Assembly (NCBI RefSeq): GCF_006345805.1 | Contig: NC_042998.1 | Coordinates: 118,420,001 to 118,484,000, forward strand | Direction: 5' to 3' | Source: Octopus sinensis | Lineage: Eukaryota | Length of the DNA: 64,000 bases | In this document: positions 36,043-49,850 of the stretch, piece after piece | How the letters are laid out: each line of letters opens with the position of its first letter | Position numbering within the stretch: the first letter of the stretch is position 1 | The notes under the pieces: generated by a model | What the model was told of the DNA's origin: nothing | The model's input: the letters and a program-made list of their open reading frames with translations, nothing else | Database searches by the model: none | Program-made: the position numbers and the translations under genes

Positions 36043-38630
36043 TAGGCACTCATAAATAATATATATTATTTGCATCTGCCAGTCATAATTTTATTTCTTT
36101 CATAAACTAATTATATGAAATATATGAGAAAGAGTAGTTTATCTTACCCCAGTATTTGACTAGTACTTTATTTTATCACCCCCGGAACGTTGTAAGGTAA
36201 TGTTGAGGAAGTGCTTAATAAAACCAAGAAGAGAGACATAACAAAATACTGTATCATTGTATCTGGCGCTCAGCGGTTTCTAAATATTCACCATCTTAAA
36301 TTTACTCATACCAAGTTTTCCCATGATTAAATTTAAGTACACAAGCTACTAAATCATTATTAAAAAATAGCATTTTGCAAATATATGTGTATACTGCAAA
36401 AAAGTTTCTTTGTATACTTATTTAGGTAACTCACGAAATAGTTCAAACACAGAGATATACCATAAAATTTAGGAACACATTTTCTCAAAATGAAAAATGT
36501 TGACGTATAATTCTTTCCTGTGTCAATTAGAAACCTAACAAAATAGTAGCAAATGTTTCATTAAATACTACACCAGTCATATAGATATGAAATATATTGT
36601 CTAATAAATTTAACATAATATACATCTAAATTTATTGAAATGATCACCCTCTTTATTTTTCTTTTGAGTCTCGCTAACATAATTTGTAATATATTTTGAG
36701 GAAAGTATAACATATACACTTTTTTAAACAAATCATTACTCTCTAGATACTTTAAAGATTTTTCAATACTCCTCTTTTCTTTCGTGAGCTTATGAAATAA
36801 GCTTATTGAATTTTAAACTGCTCTATACTTTTAATAACAAACAGCCGGACTCGTTTTTTTATTTCGGGAACCAATAACTTAATATGACTATTATCTTGTA
36901 TCTCGTTTTAACATTTACCTTCTGTAATTCGGTGAACCAGAGAGGAAAACATTTAATAGCTCAATAGATTGTTCACTAAGAAATCAGTCAGGTATATTAG
37001 TCTTGTAAAACATTTGTCTCAATGCAGACAAAATTATTTGAATATATTCCTATCAAATATATTTTTATCTGTACTACGCTAAGAGAATAAAAGAGAATAC
37101 TTCAGGCTCACTGTATTAGGTGAGTTGTAATCTGTAATTACACAAAAGTAAACTCGTAAAACATTATGAAATTTACCTCAGTCATTTATTTATTCGTTTT
37201 AATTATCACCAGTCTGGAAAGTACAAAACCATATACTTTGTCGAGAAGGTCTAATAATAACGAAATTTTAATCACTTCTAACGCTAAATATTCATTTTAA
37301 TGAATTGTAATTTCAGAGCACTCTCTCCTATCTACCATAACAATATTTAAATAGAGTTAATATTTCCCTCTTATCACAGTAGTTCGAGTCTTTCTGAAGT
37401 AACATGTTTTGTATTGTTTTTGCTCAATATGTAATGTAAGATATTAGGGGCTTAACGTAACAATGAGCAAGTACGAATGTATTGAACATGATATCGCTGT
37501 TAATTATTACCTAAAATGCACAATCTCGAAAGGATTCTGTCAAAAGAAATAGAATCTGTAAACAAATTGTCCTAACACAATAAGATTAAATAACTCTGAA
37601 TATTTAAAATCGAGAACACACGTCATTTTTATTATTCTAATGAATATAATGCCAGAAATACAATAAAGAGCTGTATATATTTATAAATGGAACAAAATTA
37701 GAATGCTTACTTTCTGATGTTTTATAATCGGCTATTGATTATTCTGGCATACTAATAATAAATGCTTGATTTTTTTTGGCTATTATTTAAAGTATATATC
37801 GATCAGGTACTTCTACACTGCCTCATTACTTTTCAAGTGGAAAATACTTCGATATTTCGCCGGCTGTTTCAAATTTCAAGTTAATACATTTAAACCACAA
37901 TAATATATCTAATTAATAATATTATGGCAGTTGAATATCTGAAAAGACCATACTATCAATCAAACTTTTATTTTTCCTGCTACCAATCTCTCACAAAAGA
38001 ACTAAAATTATTAATTTCTTTCTCTAAGGCAAATGCGGTAATTCTCTAAATATTAGGATTGTGTTGATCATGAAATCAAGAATCATTTCTTGCTGCGTTA
38101 TATTTGTCCATAATAGTGATGAAATACAACCGAAAGTTCCTGATTTTGAAAATTGCCACATGGCTTCGAATCGCAATAGGAATCACTTATAGAAAGCACT
38201 CTTTGGAAAAGAAATGCTTCATCTTGCAATAAAATTTACACCTGCTAAAGGTTCGCATGCAATAATGATATGAAAGTCACATATATTAAGATAATAAAAA
38301 TCTAGCGAATTAATGCTGCATTTCCATTCCCGATTGAGATTCCTTAGTCTATACATATCTCTGAGAATATTATATACGTTAAACAAAATGGCCATGTTAC
38401 TTTAAGTTTCTGGACTTAAGCCTAGTCAAAACAAATGCAAAGTGCATTCAGAAACTCTTTATTATTTATCAGTTTGATAATCAACGAAGCGAATGATCTT
38501 GTGTATAACTGGAATGTACTCCATTCAGTCGTTGCTAAGAAAGCCATTGAGAGAGAGATTAAGCTGTTATCGATCTACTTGAAAGAGTAGCTAAATAGGA
38601 TATTTTCTGTTTGATTGCACTTTTTGAAAT

Positions 38631-38831
38631 TACAGTTCTATATTTAAGAGATGAGGAATTATGTATATTATTTACATTATTTACATTTGATGGATATTTG
38701 TCCCCATCTTTGTTGTTAACACGTTTCGGCTGATAAAACCTCCAGCGGGCATATGACGTAGTAATTAAGACCGCGGACAACTAGCATCAAGATTCCTAGT
38801 TCAATTCCAGGCAATGACCTGAATAATATTC

Positions 38832-38874
<43 letters not shown>

Positions 38875-39028
38875 TAATAATAGTAACAACAGCAACATCG
38901 AAATATACCTTAAGAATGAGTCCCCAAGACACCTGATGGAGGCTGGACGGTATATTACCCGAACTGTTGTGTTAACAACAAGCAAGATGAGGGAAAATAT
39001 CCGTCAAATGTAAATAATGTAAATAATG
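38631..39028. mobile_element. Inverted pair of Penelope-type terminal repeat fragments with degenerate minimal HHR
   Basis: 38655-38750 is the reverse complement of 38940-39028. The right arm reads ACAC-CTGATGG-A-GGCTG..TACCC-GAAC-T-GTT-GTGT (38929-38972). Confidence 0.6.
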
Positions 39029-41214
39029 TTTTTGAAATTAAATGAAAATTTTCACATTTGATATATTGATGTAATTTTCCCCGCTGATTCACTTGCTTCA
39101 CAAAAATTATTTAAAAAGGTTACGGAGGCTTAAATTTTGATAATTTGTACCCAGTCAGAAACAGGACTTGGAAGCTGTCACTTTGTGCATGACTGCACGT
39201 GTTCACAGTATTGCGCCCGGTAGCACCTGTTTAATATCAAACTGTAAACAAATGAAACAATGGCGGATTTCCGCTTTACGCACGCCAGATAAACCCCTTA
39301 TAACTTTTTTATTTGTTGGAATTTTCAGAAAATTTAGGCGAATTTGTATTCTACACGCGGAAATGCATACGATTATGCATACGATTAGAATATCTTAGAA
39401 CCACATTTTACCTCGTGTTTTAAGTATTTAATAAACAAAAAATGACAACGTGGCTGACAGGACAGCAACGTAGGGGTAAGCAGCTTGGAAACAGCATGGC
39501 TTGTTACTATGGAAAGTGACACTTATATATGTGTGGGTTTCGATTGAATAAAATTACCCAAAATTAGCAAACTTTAAAGCTATTAGCTCTTTATTTATCA
39601 ATGTATGGCGAAAATAAATTTCATGTCAATAATTAACATACAAAATTACACCAAAAACATCAATACACCAAATAGGAAATCAACTGGAACAAAATTGAAG
39701 AAATTGAAAAGTGGCAGCCAAACAGATAATGATCCACCAAATATCCTTCAAATCCTCTGAATATATATTTAAAATAACGTCTGAACATTGTATGCCTGCA
39801 TAGAAAATTGCTGAATAAATAAAGTAAATGATATGAGCATAGCATGAGAGTTTCCGGTTATATGTTATATGCTATATGCTCAATCACTATGAAACTGAAA
39901 CAACGATAACATTCCTTTCCTTTCAAAAGTAACTACAATTTTTTACGTCTCAGATTTTTTTAAGGAAGGAATTAACACTATTAAACGGCACTTCAGCTTA
40001 GTTTATCAACAGTAGAGGAGTGGAATTCGGCGTGATTTGCAACAGCCTTTCAATCTAGAAAGAGCATCCAAGATCACTCATGCGTTAAAAACTGTAGACT
40101 ATCAGGCAAGTAGACTACTAATTTTAGCTCCTCGTCCACATTTAAAGCATAGATAACAAATAGCAATGACAAATTATGGGCTTCCAAATTCACATGGAAT
40201 GAAAATTAAGCATTGATTTAAAAACTATAACTATTCCCAGTATTACATATCTGATAAGGTTCCGTGTCATATGATTGCGATTGATTCTCGTTTTGCTCTC
40301 AAATTGAAAATCCAAATAGATAGTTTGGTTGTAAATTTATACGCGAAATTGTTTCCTGGAATAAACAACAATGTATTGCGCATTTAACTTTTGATACACA
40401 CTTGTGTTTCAGTAATTAGAAAACATCCGTAAATATATTAAATTCTTTTCAAATATTTAAGGCAAACATAAAATGCCATAAGTAGGCTACAATATGTCAA
40501 CAAAAGCAATATATCAGATTATAAACGATTTCTATAGCTTGTAATTATTGTGTCTAACTTCCAGCGCCTACACAAAAGAATCTTATTATTTTCAAAAATA
40601 AGGTTATTAATATGGGAAATTAAATGAAATGCCTACATTTGTCAAGATCAGACCAGCTAGAGACGCGTAAATAAGATATTCCTTGAAGACATAGAAAAGT
40701 AATATGTAGTTTTATTAAATAAAGTATTCACAAATATAATTATCTTCGAAGTGATATTTTTATCAGTACAAAATCAGAAATACTCATGTATTACACGAAC
40801 ATGTATGCGAAGTATAAACGTGGAAGTAATTTATTGACATGTAACAAGCACTGAATGAAATTGCACAATTTAGTTACCAATAAGGTAGATACCTAATCCT
40901 CAATCAACAACACAATTTCCTTTCTTAAAACTTTTTTTCTGAAACACTTAAAGGTTTGTTACATTTCGGGACTAAATGATCGTTCTTGTGGTCAGCTAAA
41001 GTAATTATGGTCCGTGAGAGCTGCGAGTAGTAAACACTTATTTTCGATTATCAGTTACTTCTAATTTCGGAAATAAAATCTGGCAATCCAAGTGATACAT
41101 ATCCACATTTGGAGTCTGTACACAACCAGGATTCACTATAAAAATCAAATATTCCTCAAATCATACTCATGATGAAATGAGAGGAAGGGGAACAGACAAT
41201 ATAGTTATAAAATT

Positions 41215-41612
41215 AGGCGCAGCTGTGTGGTAAGAAGCTTGCTGCTCAACCACATGGCTCTGGGTTCCGCCACACTGCGTAACACTTTGGACAAGTGTCT
41301 TTTACTATACCCACGTGCCGACCAAAACTTGAGAGTGGATATGATAGAGGGAAATTAAGAGAAGCCCGTCCTATATACATGCATGTATATATCTATGCGT
41401 GTGTGTCTGTGTCTATGTTTGTCCTCTACCACCACTTGACATCCGGTGGTGGTATGTTTACGTCCCCGTAATTTGGCATTTCGGTAAGAACGATCGATAG
41501 AACAAGTACCAGACTTTACAAAATAAGTCCTAGAGTAGATACATTCGACTAAAAACCTTGAAGGCAGTGCCACAGCATGGCCGCAGTCAAATGAGTGGAC
41601 TAAGCAACAAAA
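41215..41612 (+). mobile_element. tRNA-derived SINE
   Basis: Same head, core and CAGCATGGCCGCAGTCAAATGA tail as 33037. Confidence 0.88.
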
Positions 41613-41948
41613 ATATGTGTGTATAGATAAATATATATACATACAATATGTGTGTGTGTTTGTATCTGTGTGTGTGTTTGTATCTGTGTGTGTGTGTGTG
41701 GTGTGTGTGTGCAGTTCTGTCTATTTTAACGTCATCATTTTCAGTCATCGTTGGAGTATTTCCATCCTTTGCATGGTTTCTGTTTCATTCAATTTCTACT
41801 AATTTAGTACACCTCCCATACTATTTCAACCAATATTTTGGTTTCTGCTATCATTTGTTCTCTATCTTCTCTCCGCCTACTTTCATTTCTACAAATTATG
41901 CTATATGTGCTAGAGAAAGTGAGTGCATCTGTGTCTCTGTTTGTTTCG

Positions 41949-42015
<67 letters not shown>

Positions 42016-42450
42016 TGCGCGTGGGTATCAGCATGTCTCTGTGTTTATGTATGAAATTAGAAACACTTCATGAAGTCAAAACATAGAAATGTGGTAGATC
42101 CGAACGTAAAAAAACAAATAGTCAGAAACCTTCATTACATCAGTAGATGAGATCACAAACACATTGCTGATCGTTTGATATACACAAAGCCACAATGGAA
42201 AAACTATTTCCCCAAATTTCTAAAATTATAACAAGTAGCATACTAGCACTCTAATTCGGAAAATACATTGTTAGTTATATTATTGACTGCAGAATAGCAT
42301 ATTTTTATGAGAGTGTCTGACTTTTCTAACTTAGGTTTCGTCATAACCTCCAGATTATTTCAACGCAGCATCCAGTCCTATTTCATGTAATATCAATCAA
42401 ATGTACATTGCTAGGACTTAGCATGAGGAATTAAAGATCCTCAAACATAT

Positions 42451-42585
42451 AGGCGCAGGAGTGGCTGTGTGGTTCCGGGTTCAGTCGCACTGCATGGCAC
42501 CTTGGGCAAGTGTCTTCTACTATAGCCTTGGACCGACCAATGCCATGTGAGTGGATTTGGTAGGCGGAAACTGAAAGAAGCCCGT

Positions 42586-42637
<52 letters not shown>

Positions 42638-42845
42638 ATTTGTGTCTGCGTTTGTACCCCCACCATCGGTTCACAACCAATGTTGCTGTGTTTATGTCCC
42701 CGTTACTTAGTGGTTCCGCAAAAAGAGACCGATGGAATAAGCAGTAGGTTTACAAAGAATAAGTTCTGGGATCGATTTGTTCGACTAAAGGCGATGATCC
42801 AGCATGGCCACACCCAAATGACTGAAAGAAGTAAAAGGAGAAAAG
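42451..42845 (+). mobile_element. tRNA-derived SINE
   Basis: Same family as 33037 and 41215. Confidence 0.88.
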
Positions 42846-43849
42846 TATCAAAGAATTTATCGCCAATATTGAATAAATAGAATAATGACATTTCACTACT
42901 TTATCAGTTTTAACTTAAATATTAAGAAGTTTCATTAATTTTTTTTTTATAATATGAATTCAAACGACCCTTAGGACATTTTTCCTTTCCATTTGCCTTT
43001 TTTCCTTAAAATACTCTTTTTGTTGTCAGGGATTGATTTGAGTTGATTAATTACATTTCAGTACAGATGATGCAATTGAACAGACAGATTGCATTATTGA
43101 AACTTCGAAAGATGTTGAACGAAAGATATTGAACTCAGAAAATATAAAGACGTAGATAAAAAGCTAAAAATTACTTCTTGTTGTCTTGCTTTTACTATTT
43201 GAATTATCTTATTTTATCTTTAATAAATAATATCTACACACGTTCCTTTAATTTTCTTATGGTTACGCGAAGTGTAATTCAGGATTATGTGAATTTTAGT
43301 CGTTGGATACAGATTTAGTCTTAGCCAAGACTGTAATTGCTTTCTTGTGCATACTAAATACATCTAGCACAAGTTGTCTCACTTTGATCAGGTCTGATAA
43401 TCCCGTTTATGCAGTTATGTTGATTTTCTCGTTTGATTCGCTATGTTGTATGCTTAATTTTCAAAGTCAGCATTGGCAATAATCGACGATATTTGACTTA
43501 ATAGGACGCCTGGGCGCCACCGTCGTTTCATTATGGGACCTGTTGCAACAGCAACTACAGTAGGACTAGTAGTAATAAGAGAAGTAGTGCTTGTTGTTGT
43601 CGTTGTTGTTGTTGTCGTTGCTCTTGTTATAGTGGCTATTGCTTAGCTCCAGATCAAGTTCCATTCAGTAGACTCTTCGTACAATGGCCATCTCATTTTC
43701 TTATAGGTCCATTGTTTTGCATAACACAATCTTTCCTTCCCATTTAAAGAAGTATGGTGTGATTTGAAAGAGAATTTGCGCTATTTTTGACATATGAGAG
43801 TACTGCAATACACACTCGACTGTTAACCCGTCATGGTTGATTATGATTC

Positions 43850-45362
43850 TAAAACAGCTTCCTGCTTATATAATCTAATCTTGTGCATCTTTATTCAAGC
43901 ACTCAGCTTTCTGACTACCCATACTAACCACATTTATTTTTTTTTACGACCACCTTTTATAGCTATGTACTCGAAAATTATTGGACTTTATTTTTATTTT
44001 TGCTGTTTTATGTATCTTTGTTTTGTTGGCTGGTATGCTATCCTTATTGGAGCTTGCGTCAATATTTCCTGCATCTATACATCCTAATTGCTTCCTAATC
44101 TATAGAAAATCTTTTCTTTCATTGCGTTTTCTGCATTTGCTTAATTAGTTTGTAAAATCAGCTTTTATGTTCTGCGCGATAATTTCTTACTCCAACTATA
44201 GTTATTTTCAAGTAATTCTCTATTTGCAAAGTTCTGATCTTAATTGGAATTCCTTCCTCGCTACATCCCTGATTGAGGGTTATATAGTGAGATTTTTTGC
44301 AATAGTTTTCTTTTATGTGTTTCTGTCTACGGTTATTTGTTCACTTGATTAACATTTTATTTCATTTAAATTCTGGCTAATTATTAAGATAGCTTGAGTA
44401 TTTATAGCAATTATTTCGATTCTTTTTTCTCTTGCATTTTGTCTCTTCCTAACACTATTCTGATAAGACTATAGCAATCTGCTGAGATTTCTCATTCGTC
44501 TCTTTATGCTCTATATTTCCTGCTTCAATTATTCAGATCTATATTCAGTTGTGTATGTGTGTGTGTGTGTCTCAGTCTTTGATTTAGAATTGATATATCT
44601 TGATGGAGTTTTTTAGTAAATCTTCCTATTTTATACGGCGACTTCGGCACACATCTTAAGTCTACACTTGATGCATTCAATTTCGACCGACATTTGAAGA
44701 GAGCTAGTCTTTGATCAACATTATCGTGTTGATTTTTTAAATTTTTGTTCTTGTTTTTGTTCTATTTTCTTGTCATTCTATCTATTTTCGTTTTCCGTTT
44801 AATTTGCCGTTTAATTACCCTTTTAGCTTCGTCGTCACCAAGGCCTTTTATCTTCACTATCTTCTCATTCTTCTTACTGTTGTTTAACTTGACACAGATT
44901 TCATTATATTCCTGATAGAATTTAGTTGCGTATCTTAGACATCCACCAGCTGGATGTTCCTAAGAGGTAAACTTTTTGCAGAAGCTCTCTGGGACATTCC
45001 ATTCCTATCTGACAATATCATTACTCACATTACAGCCATTTGTTTATATTATTACTCACAATCCCCACTTATTACAAGGACAACTTTTGTAGTTTTCATA
45101 TTCCAATTCCCCGCAATTTCAAACTTGGAGGCATTGTATTTTTATAATTTTCGCCTTCTTTCTTTATCATGCTGAAAGGAAAAGGGCATGATGGATGAAT
45201 CAGACAGCAAATTCGCTTTGCCTTGACTATTATTGTCATATTTGATTTATTATTTTGATTCTTAAAATTGGAAAATGCTATAAAAATCATGCATTTTTCT
45301 GATTCAAGCGCCATCAACCCGAAGCCACGAGAGTCACGTCACTGCCTTATATTTTATCGAGC

Positions 45363-45364
<2 letters not shown>
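43850..45364 (-). mobile_element. Highly decayed 5' part of an R4/Dong-like LINE
   Basis: KKLHQDISILNQ (44579-44614) matches KKIRKDLSILNE in the full-length copy; begins directly at (TAA)n 45365-45505. Confidence 0.45.
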
Positions 45365-45422
<58 letters not shown>

Positions 45423-45431
45423 TACTATTAC

Positions 45432-45470
<39 letters not shown>

Positions 45471-45501
45471 TACTATTACTATTATTATTATTATTATTAT
45501 T

Positions 45502-45534
<33 letters not shown>

Positions 45535-46078
45535 AAAATATTAATTTATATACAGTTTCTTGATAATTATTAGCCACGGTACGTATTTAATCTATTTAAT
45601 CTATTATGTTTATTATTATTTTTATAATTATCTTTATTATCATTTTTATAATGTGATTGTACGTATTACATATAATTTACTTTGAGATATAGTTTTCTTA
45701 GACAATATATTACTTAATAGTTCGGAGGGTTATTCGTTACGTAGTATTACATTTAAGTAAATAAGTTTAATATTAATTAATATTTTGTTCAACTCTATAA
45801 GTGAGTGTAATATTAAATCTATATATACTATATATAGGTTAATAATATAGTAAGTTTACATATGTGTGTATTTTCTATTTTTAATTTTAATATCCATAGC
45901 TTGTACTAGCATTATGTATATAACTTAATATGAATTTTTTTTAGTTTCTAGAATAAGATTTAACTTGGATGTTTATTAAAAAAGTTAATTAATCTATGAA
46001 TAATTTATTTTAATGTATATAAATTAAATTATAGTATTTTAGTTTTTACTTAATGTACATTTTGTATTATATATATAT

Positions 46079-46132
<54 letters not shown>

Positions 46133-46382
46133 ATTATATATATATATGTATGTAGTATATATCTGTTTTAATACTTTAATAAATTTATGTTAATTTTCTA
46201 GTAATGGTATATAATATTATTCTTTTTCATATGAATTAAAATTTTATTATTAAAGATATAATAAATATTTATACATATTTACTCTATTTTTATTTACATC
46301 AGAATATATTTGTTATGGTATTTCGTATTTTACAAAATTATATACGTATAATTATTTGATTAGTTATTTCATTTTTTAGCTT

Positions 46383-46465
46383 TGACCTGAAGTGTGGCTA
46401 TATTTAAATTGAATTGATTTTACTGTTATCAGTTCTTAAATATAGCCACGAAACACGTGTAGTCA
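46383..46465 (+). ncRNA. Type I hammerhead ribozyme (A9U core variant)
   Basis: TGAC / CTGAAGT / 14-bp stem II GTGGCTATATTTAA..TTAAATATAGCCAC / GAAA / palindromic ACACGTGT / GTA cleavage triplet / GTCA. Confidence 0.75.
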
Positions 46466-46721
46466 TTTTACCAATCATATACGTTTTATTTATTATTTTG
46501 TATATTACTTAATTATTGGTATATGTTTTTATCTTATATTTACTTTTTTTCAATAGGATGTACTTTTTTCTATATGCTATAATTTATTTTTTTCATTGTT
46601 GAATTGATAAAAGGTGTTTTTTTCTAATTTATATATATATATTATATTTTGTGAAATTTGATTTACTATCTCTAAATTGAATTTTTCCCTGTAAGTTTGG
46701 AATAATATTCCCTATTATTAA

Positions 46722-46753
<32 letters not shown>

Positions 46754-46754
<1 letters not shown>

Positions 46755-48245
46755 TTTTTTTTTCTTCTTTCAAATTTGCTTCCATTTCTTGTCGAGTGGC
46801 TTCCCGACTCCTAGGGCAAAGAAACTCATAGTATACATTGGTAGGCCATTAAACCAAACTCAATAGTTCGTTCATTTTTTTTTTAAGTTAAATTAAAATA
46901 CATGAGCAGCAACAGTTCTCACATCGACAATGCTCTTCTCAATACGTGTGATGTACCAGTTAAGACAATCTTTTGCACTTCTTGCAGGGATGGTAAGCCA
47001 GGGATCATTCTCATATAATTTTCGGTTCCCTTCTTGATCATTCCTAGTGATCCTACGATCACTGGTATTGTAACCGCCTTGAGATGCCACATTTTCTCAA
47101 TTTCAATGAGTAGGTCTTTATATTTTCTGAGCTGATATGGTTACATATCTCTTTCGCTGAGATATTATGATCACAGGGGATGCTCATGTCGATCAATAAG
47201 CAAACTTTATTGTTTTGGTCTTTCACAACAATATCTGGTTTATTTGCCTTGATGGTTCGGTCTGTATGTACTGGAAAGTCCCACAGAATGGTTACATTTT
47301 CTCCTTCAGTTACAGCCTCAGGGTGGTGATTATACCACTTGTCGGCAGTTTTGATATTGTAATGCCGACTTATTAGCCAGTGGAGATATTGGCCAACTCT
47401 GTCATGTCTTAATTTATACTCCACTGGTGCTAAGATTTACATCCAGAGATTAGGTGGTCCACTGTTTCAATCATGTCGTTGCAGAATCGGCATTTTGGGT
47501 CTGCTCCATTTTTCATCACATTGGCCTGGTAGTTCCGGGTTAATAGGCTTTGATCTTGAGCAGCCAGGATGAAACCTTCGCTCTCTGCTTTTAGCCCTGA
47601 GCTCCGTAGCCACTGATGGGTTTGCTTCTGGTCAACATCAGCTTGTTTGCTGCGGGTCACATATTTGCCGTGCAGAGGTTTCTCCTCCCACCTATCAGCC
47701 AATTGCTCGTGCGCTTTTTTCGTTGCCATCATTTTCACCTTCTTTGCAACAATAGTTGCCGTACTTCCTCGGGTTGTTCAGTTTGGGTATCCTGCACGAG
47801 ATCAATAGCAAATTTTTTGCTTTCGTTTATAATAGAATGAAGCTTCTTTCGTCTCTCGTGATTTTCCACGAGCTTTAGCATCCAGTCATTCGATATTTCG
47901 AGATATTTGGCCAGTCCAATTGTGGTTGTTTTGTAAGCTAATTCAAATTGGATCAGGCCTCGACCTCCTTGGGCTCTGGGAAGGTAAAGGCGATCTACGT
48001 CTGCCTTTGGGTGGTGCATCCTATTACAACTCAGCAGCTTGCGTATTTTCCTATTTATATTCTTTACTTCACTCATATTCAAGTTCAACACATTGTAGCT
48101 ATAAGTAACAACTGGAACTGCTAAGGAATTTATAGCTAACACCTTGTTACGTGCATTTAGTTAAGATTTCAGGACTGCACGAACTCTCCTATAACATTCC
48201 TTCCTGATCTTCTCTTTCATGCTTGCATGCTGAATACCTGGGCCT
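46754..48245 (-). mobile_element. 5'-truncated R4/Dong-like LINE (second subfamily)
   Basis: HHPKADVDRLYL, CRFCNDMIETVDHLISGC, KPDIVV..LLIDMSIP, IPVIVGSLG; (TAA)n on both sides. Confidence 0.9.
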
Positions 48246-48266
48246 TATTATTATTATTATTATTAT

Positions 48267-48824
48267 TGAGTGAGAGAGCAGTGCATGCCATCAAAGTGAC
48301 ACTGGGATAAAATATACGAAGCCCAATATACCCATCATGACTACCCGTCTGATAAGGGTACACCAGGCACATGCATCACAACCATATGTGCGCGACATGG
48401 TGATCTCATATCAAGATAAACAGCACATGACCTTGCAGGTGGGGCCCAGTTAGAATTTTCTTCAGGTTGAGTAGCCCATCCCGCTCAAAAGGTCCCTGAA
48501 TAAGGGTTGTTTAAGGATGTTGAAAGAACCACCCATGTTTCCAGCGGTGAATTATTCAAACCCCAAAGAATCCCTCTCAACACATGGCTATGATGCTCCC
48601 CCACTACTTCTGCTCGTGATCAGAGATGCACATATCGTCAGCCACTAAGGGACATGCTCAACTGGTTAAGGTCAAACAACTGACAAGCAAATCTGTGGTA
48701 TTGAGCAGAATATTTGCTGTAGCCCATCTTTTATACCAAGACAACACAATGTACATGATAACACTTCCAATCAGTTAAGATCAGAAGCCATGAGAGCCAC
48801 TGCCTGGTACCGCATCAGGGCATT
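48267..48824 (-). mobile_element. ~560-bp non-coding interspersed repeat with (AAT)n tail, third copy
   Basis: Near-identical to 10623-11181; flanked by (ATT)n. Confidence 0.9.
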
Positions 48825-48843
48825 ATTATTATTATTATTATTA

Positions 48844-48876
<33 letters not shown>

Positions 48877-48931
48877 CATTATTATTATTATTATCATTAT
48901 TATTACACACACACACACCACACACACACAC

Positions 48932-49010
<79 letters not shown>

Positions 49011-49239
49011 CTCCAAATATAAAAATATTTCAGTCAACCATGACGGCTTCCATTAAAACTTTTCTTTCATTGTTTTTTCGGAGTTGTAGTTTTAGATTTG
49101 ATCTATCTTCTCAGCAACTAGCTGTCACACGTCCATGCAGTTTGTTTTCACTGCGGTCTTATTATTATTGGTATTGTTGTTGTTGTTGTTCATGATGATG
49201 TTGTTGTTGTTGTTGTTATAATTTTCCGACATTGGACAC

Positions 49240-49510
49240 ATGTCTTTTCCGATCTAACATTTCAAGATACGTCGGCTTACTCCGCGATTTCTTTCCAGCT
49301 TTGCTCTTTCATGACATTCAATAAGTGTGTCCTACCCTTCATTCATCCACGTATGTCTGTTTTTTTTGCGAACACAGTATATGTGATCTATTGTGACATA
49401 ACGACTGTCCGAGGCCGGACGTACCGGGTGGAAAACCTTCACCATGGTTTGCTATAGCTTCATTGTCGCCGTTAATTCTTCCCTTGTGTTGTATCAGGAT
49501 TTCATGAGCC
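49240..49510 (-). mobile_element. 5' end remnant of an R4/Dong-like LINE
   Basis: ATG a few nt from (TAA)n; RHTWMNEG*DTLIECHE..RGVSRRI resembles the KRRKWTREEY N-terminal domain. Confidence 0.5.
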
Positions 49511-49514
49511 ATTC

Positions 49515-49561
<47 letters not shown>

Positions 49562-49850
49562 GGTTTGGCTTAGGTTCAGTCTTATTCCTGTTAGGAATTA
49601 GGTGGATAGCGGGTAACATGTAACCTTAGGTATCCACAAAGCATCAACAGACTTTCAAGAGCGTAGAATCCTCCTGATAATGTTTTGCTGTCCATGAGAG
49701 AGAAACATTCTGTAGCAGTTCTACCGGGCATTCTATTTCAATCTCTTTCAGCCATTCGTCTTTATCTTGACTTACTGTTCCCAACGCACCAAGTATTATA
49801 GGTATGGCCTTTACTCCTCCCATGCACCAAATTCTTCCTATTTGAGACTA
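49562..49850 (-). mobile_element. 3' end remnant of an R4/Dong-like LINE (RLE C-terminus)
   Basis: QIGRIWCMGGVKAIPIILGALGTVSQ..WLKEIEI..LLQ, ending at (TAA)n. Confidence 0.7.

Noticed and set aside
45540-46720. Mitochondrial control-region NUMT
   Set aside because: No adjacent mitochondrial gene or tRNA recognised; AT-richness alone is not evidence.
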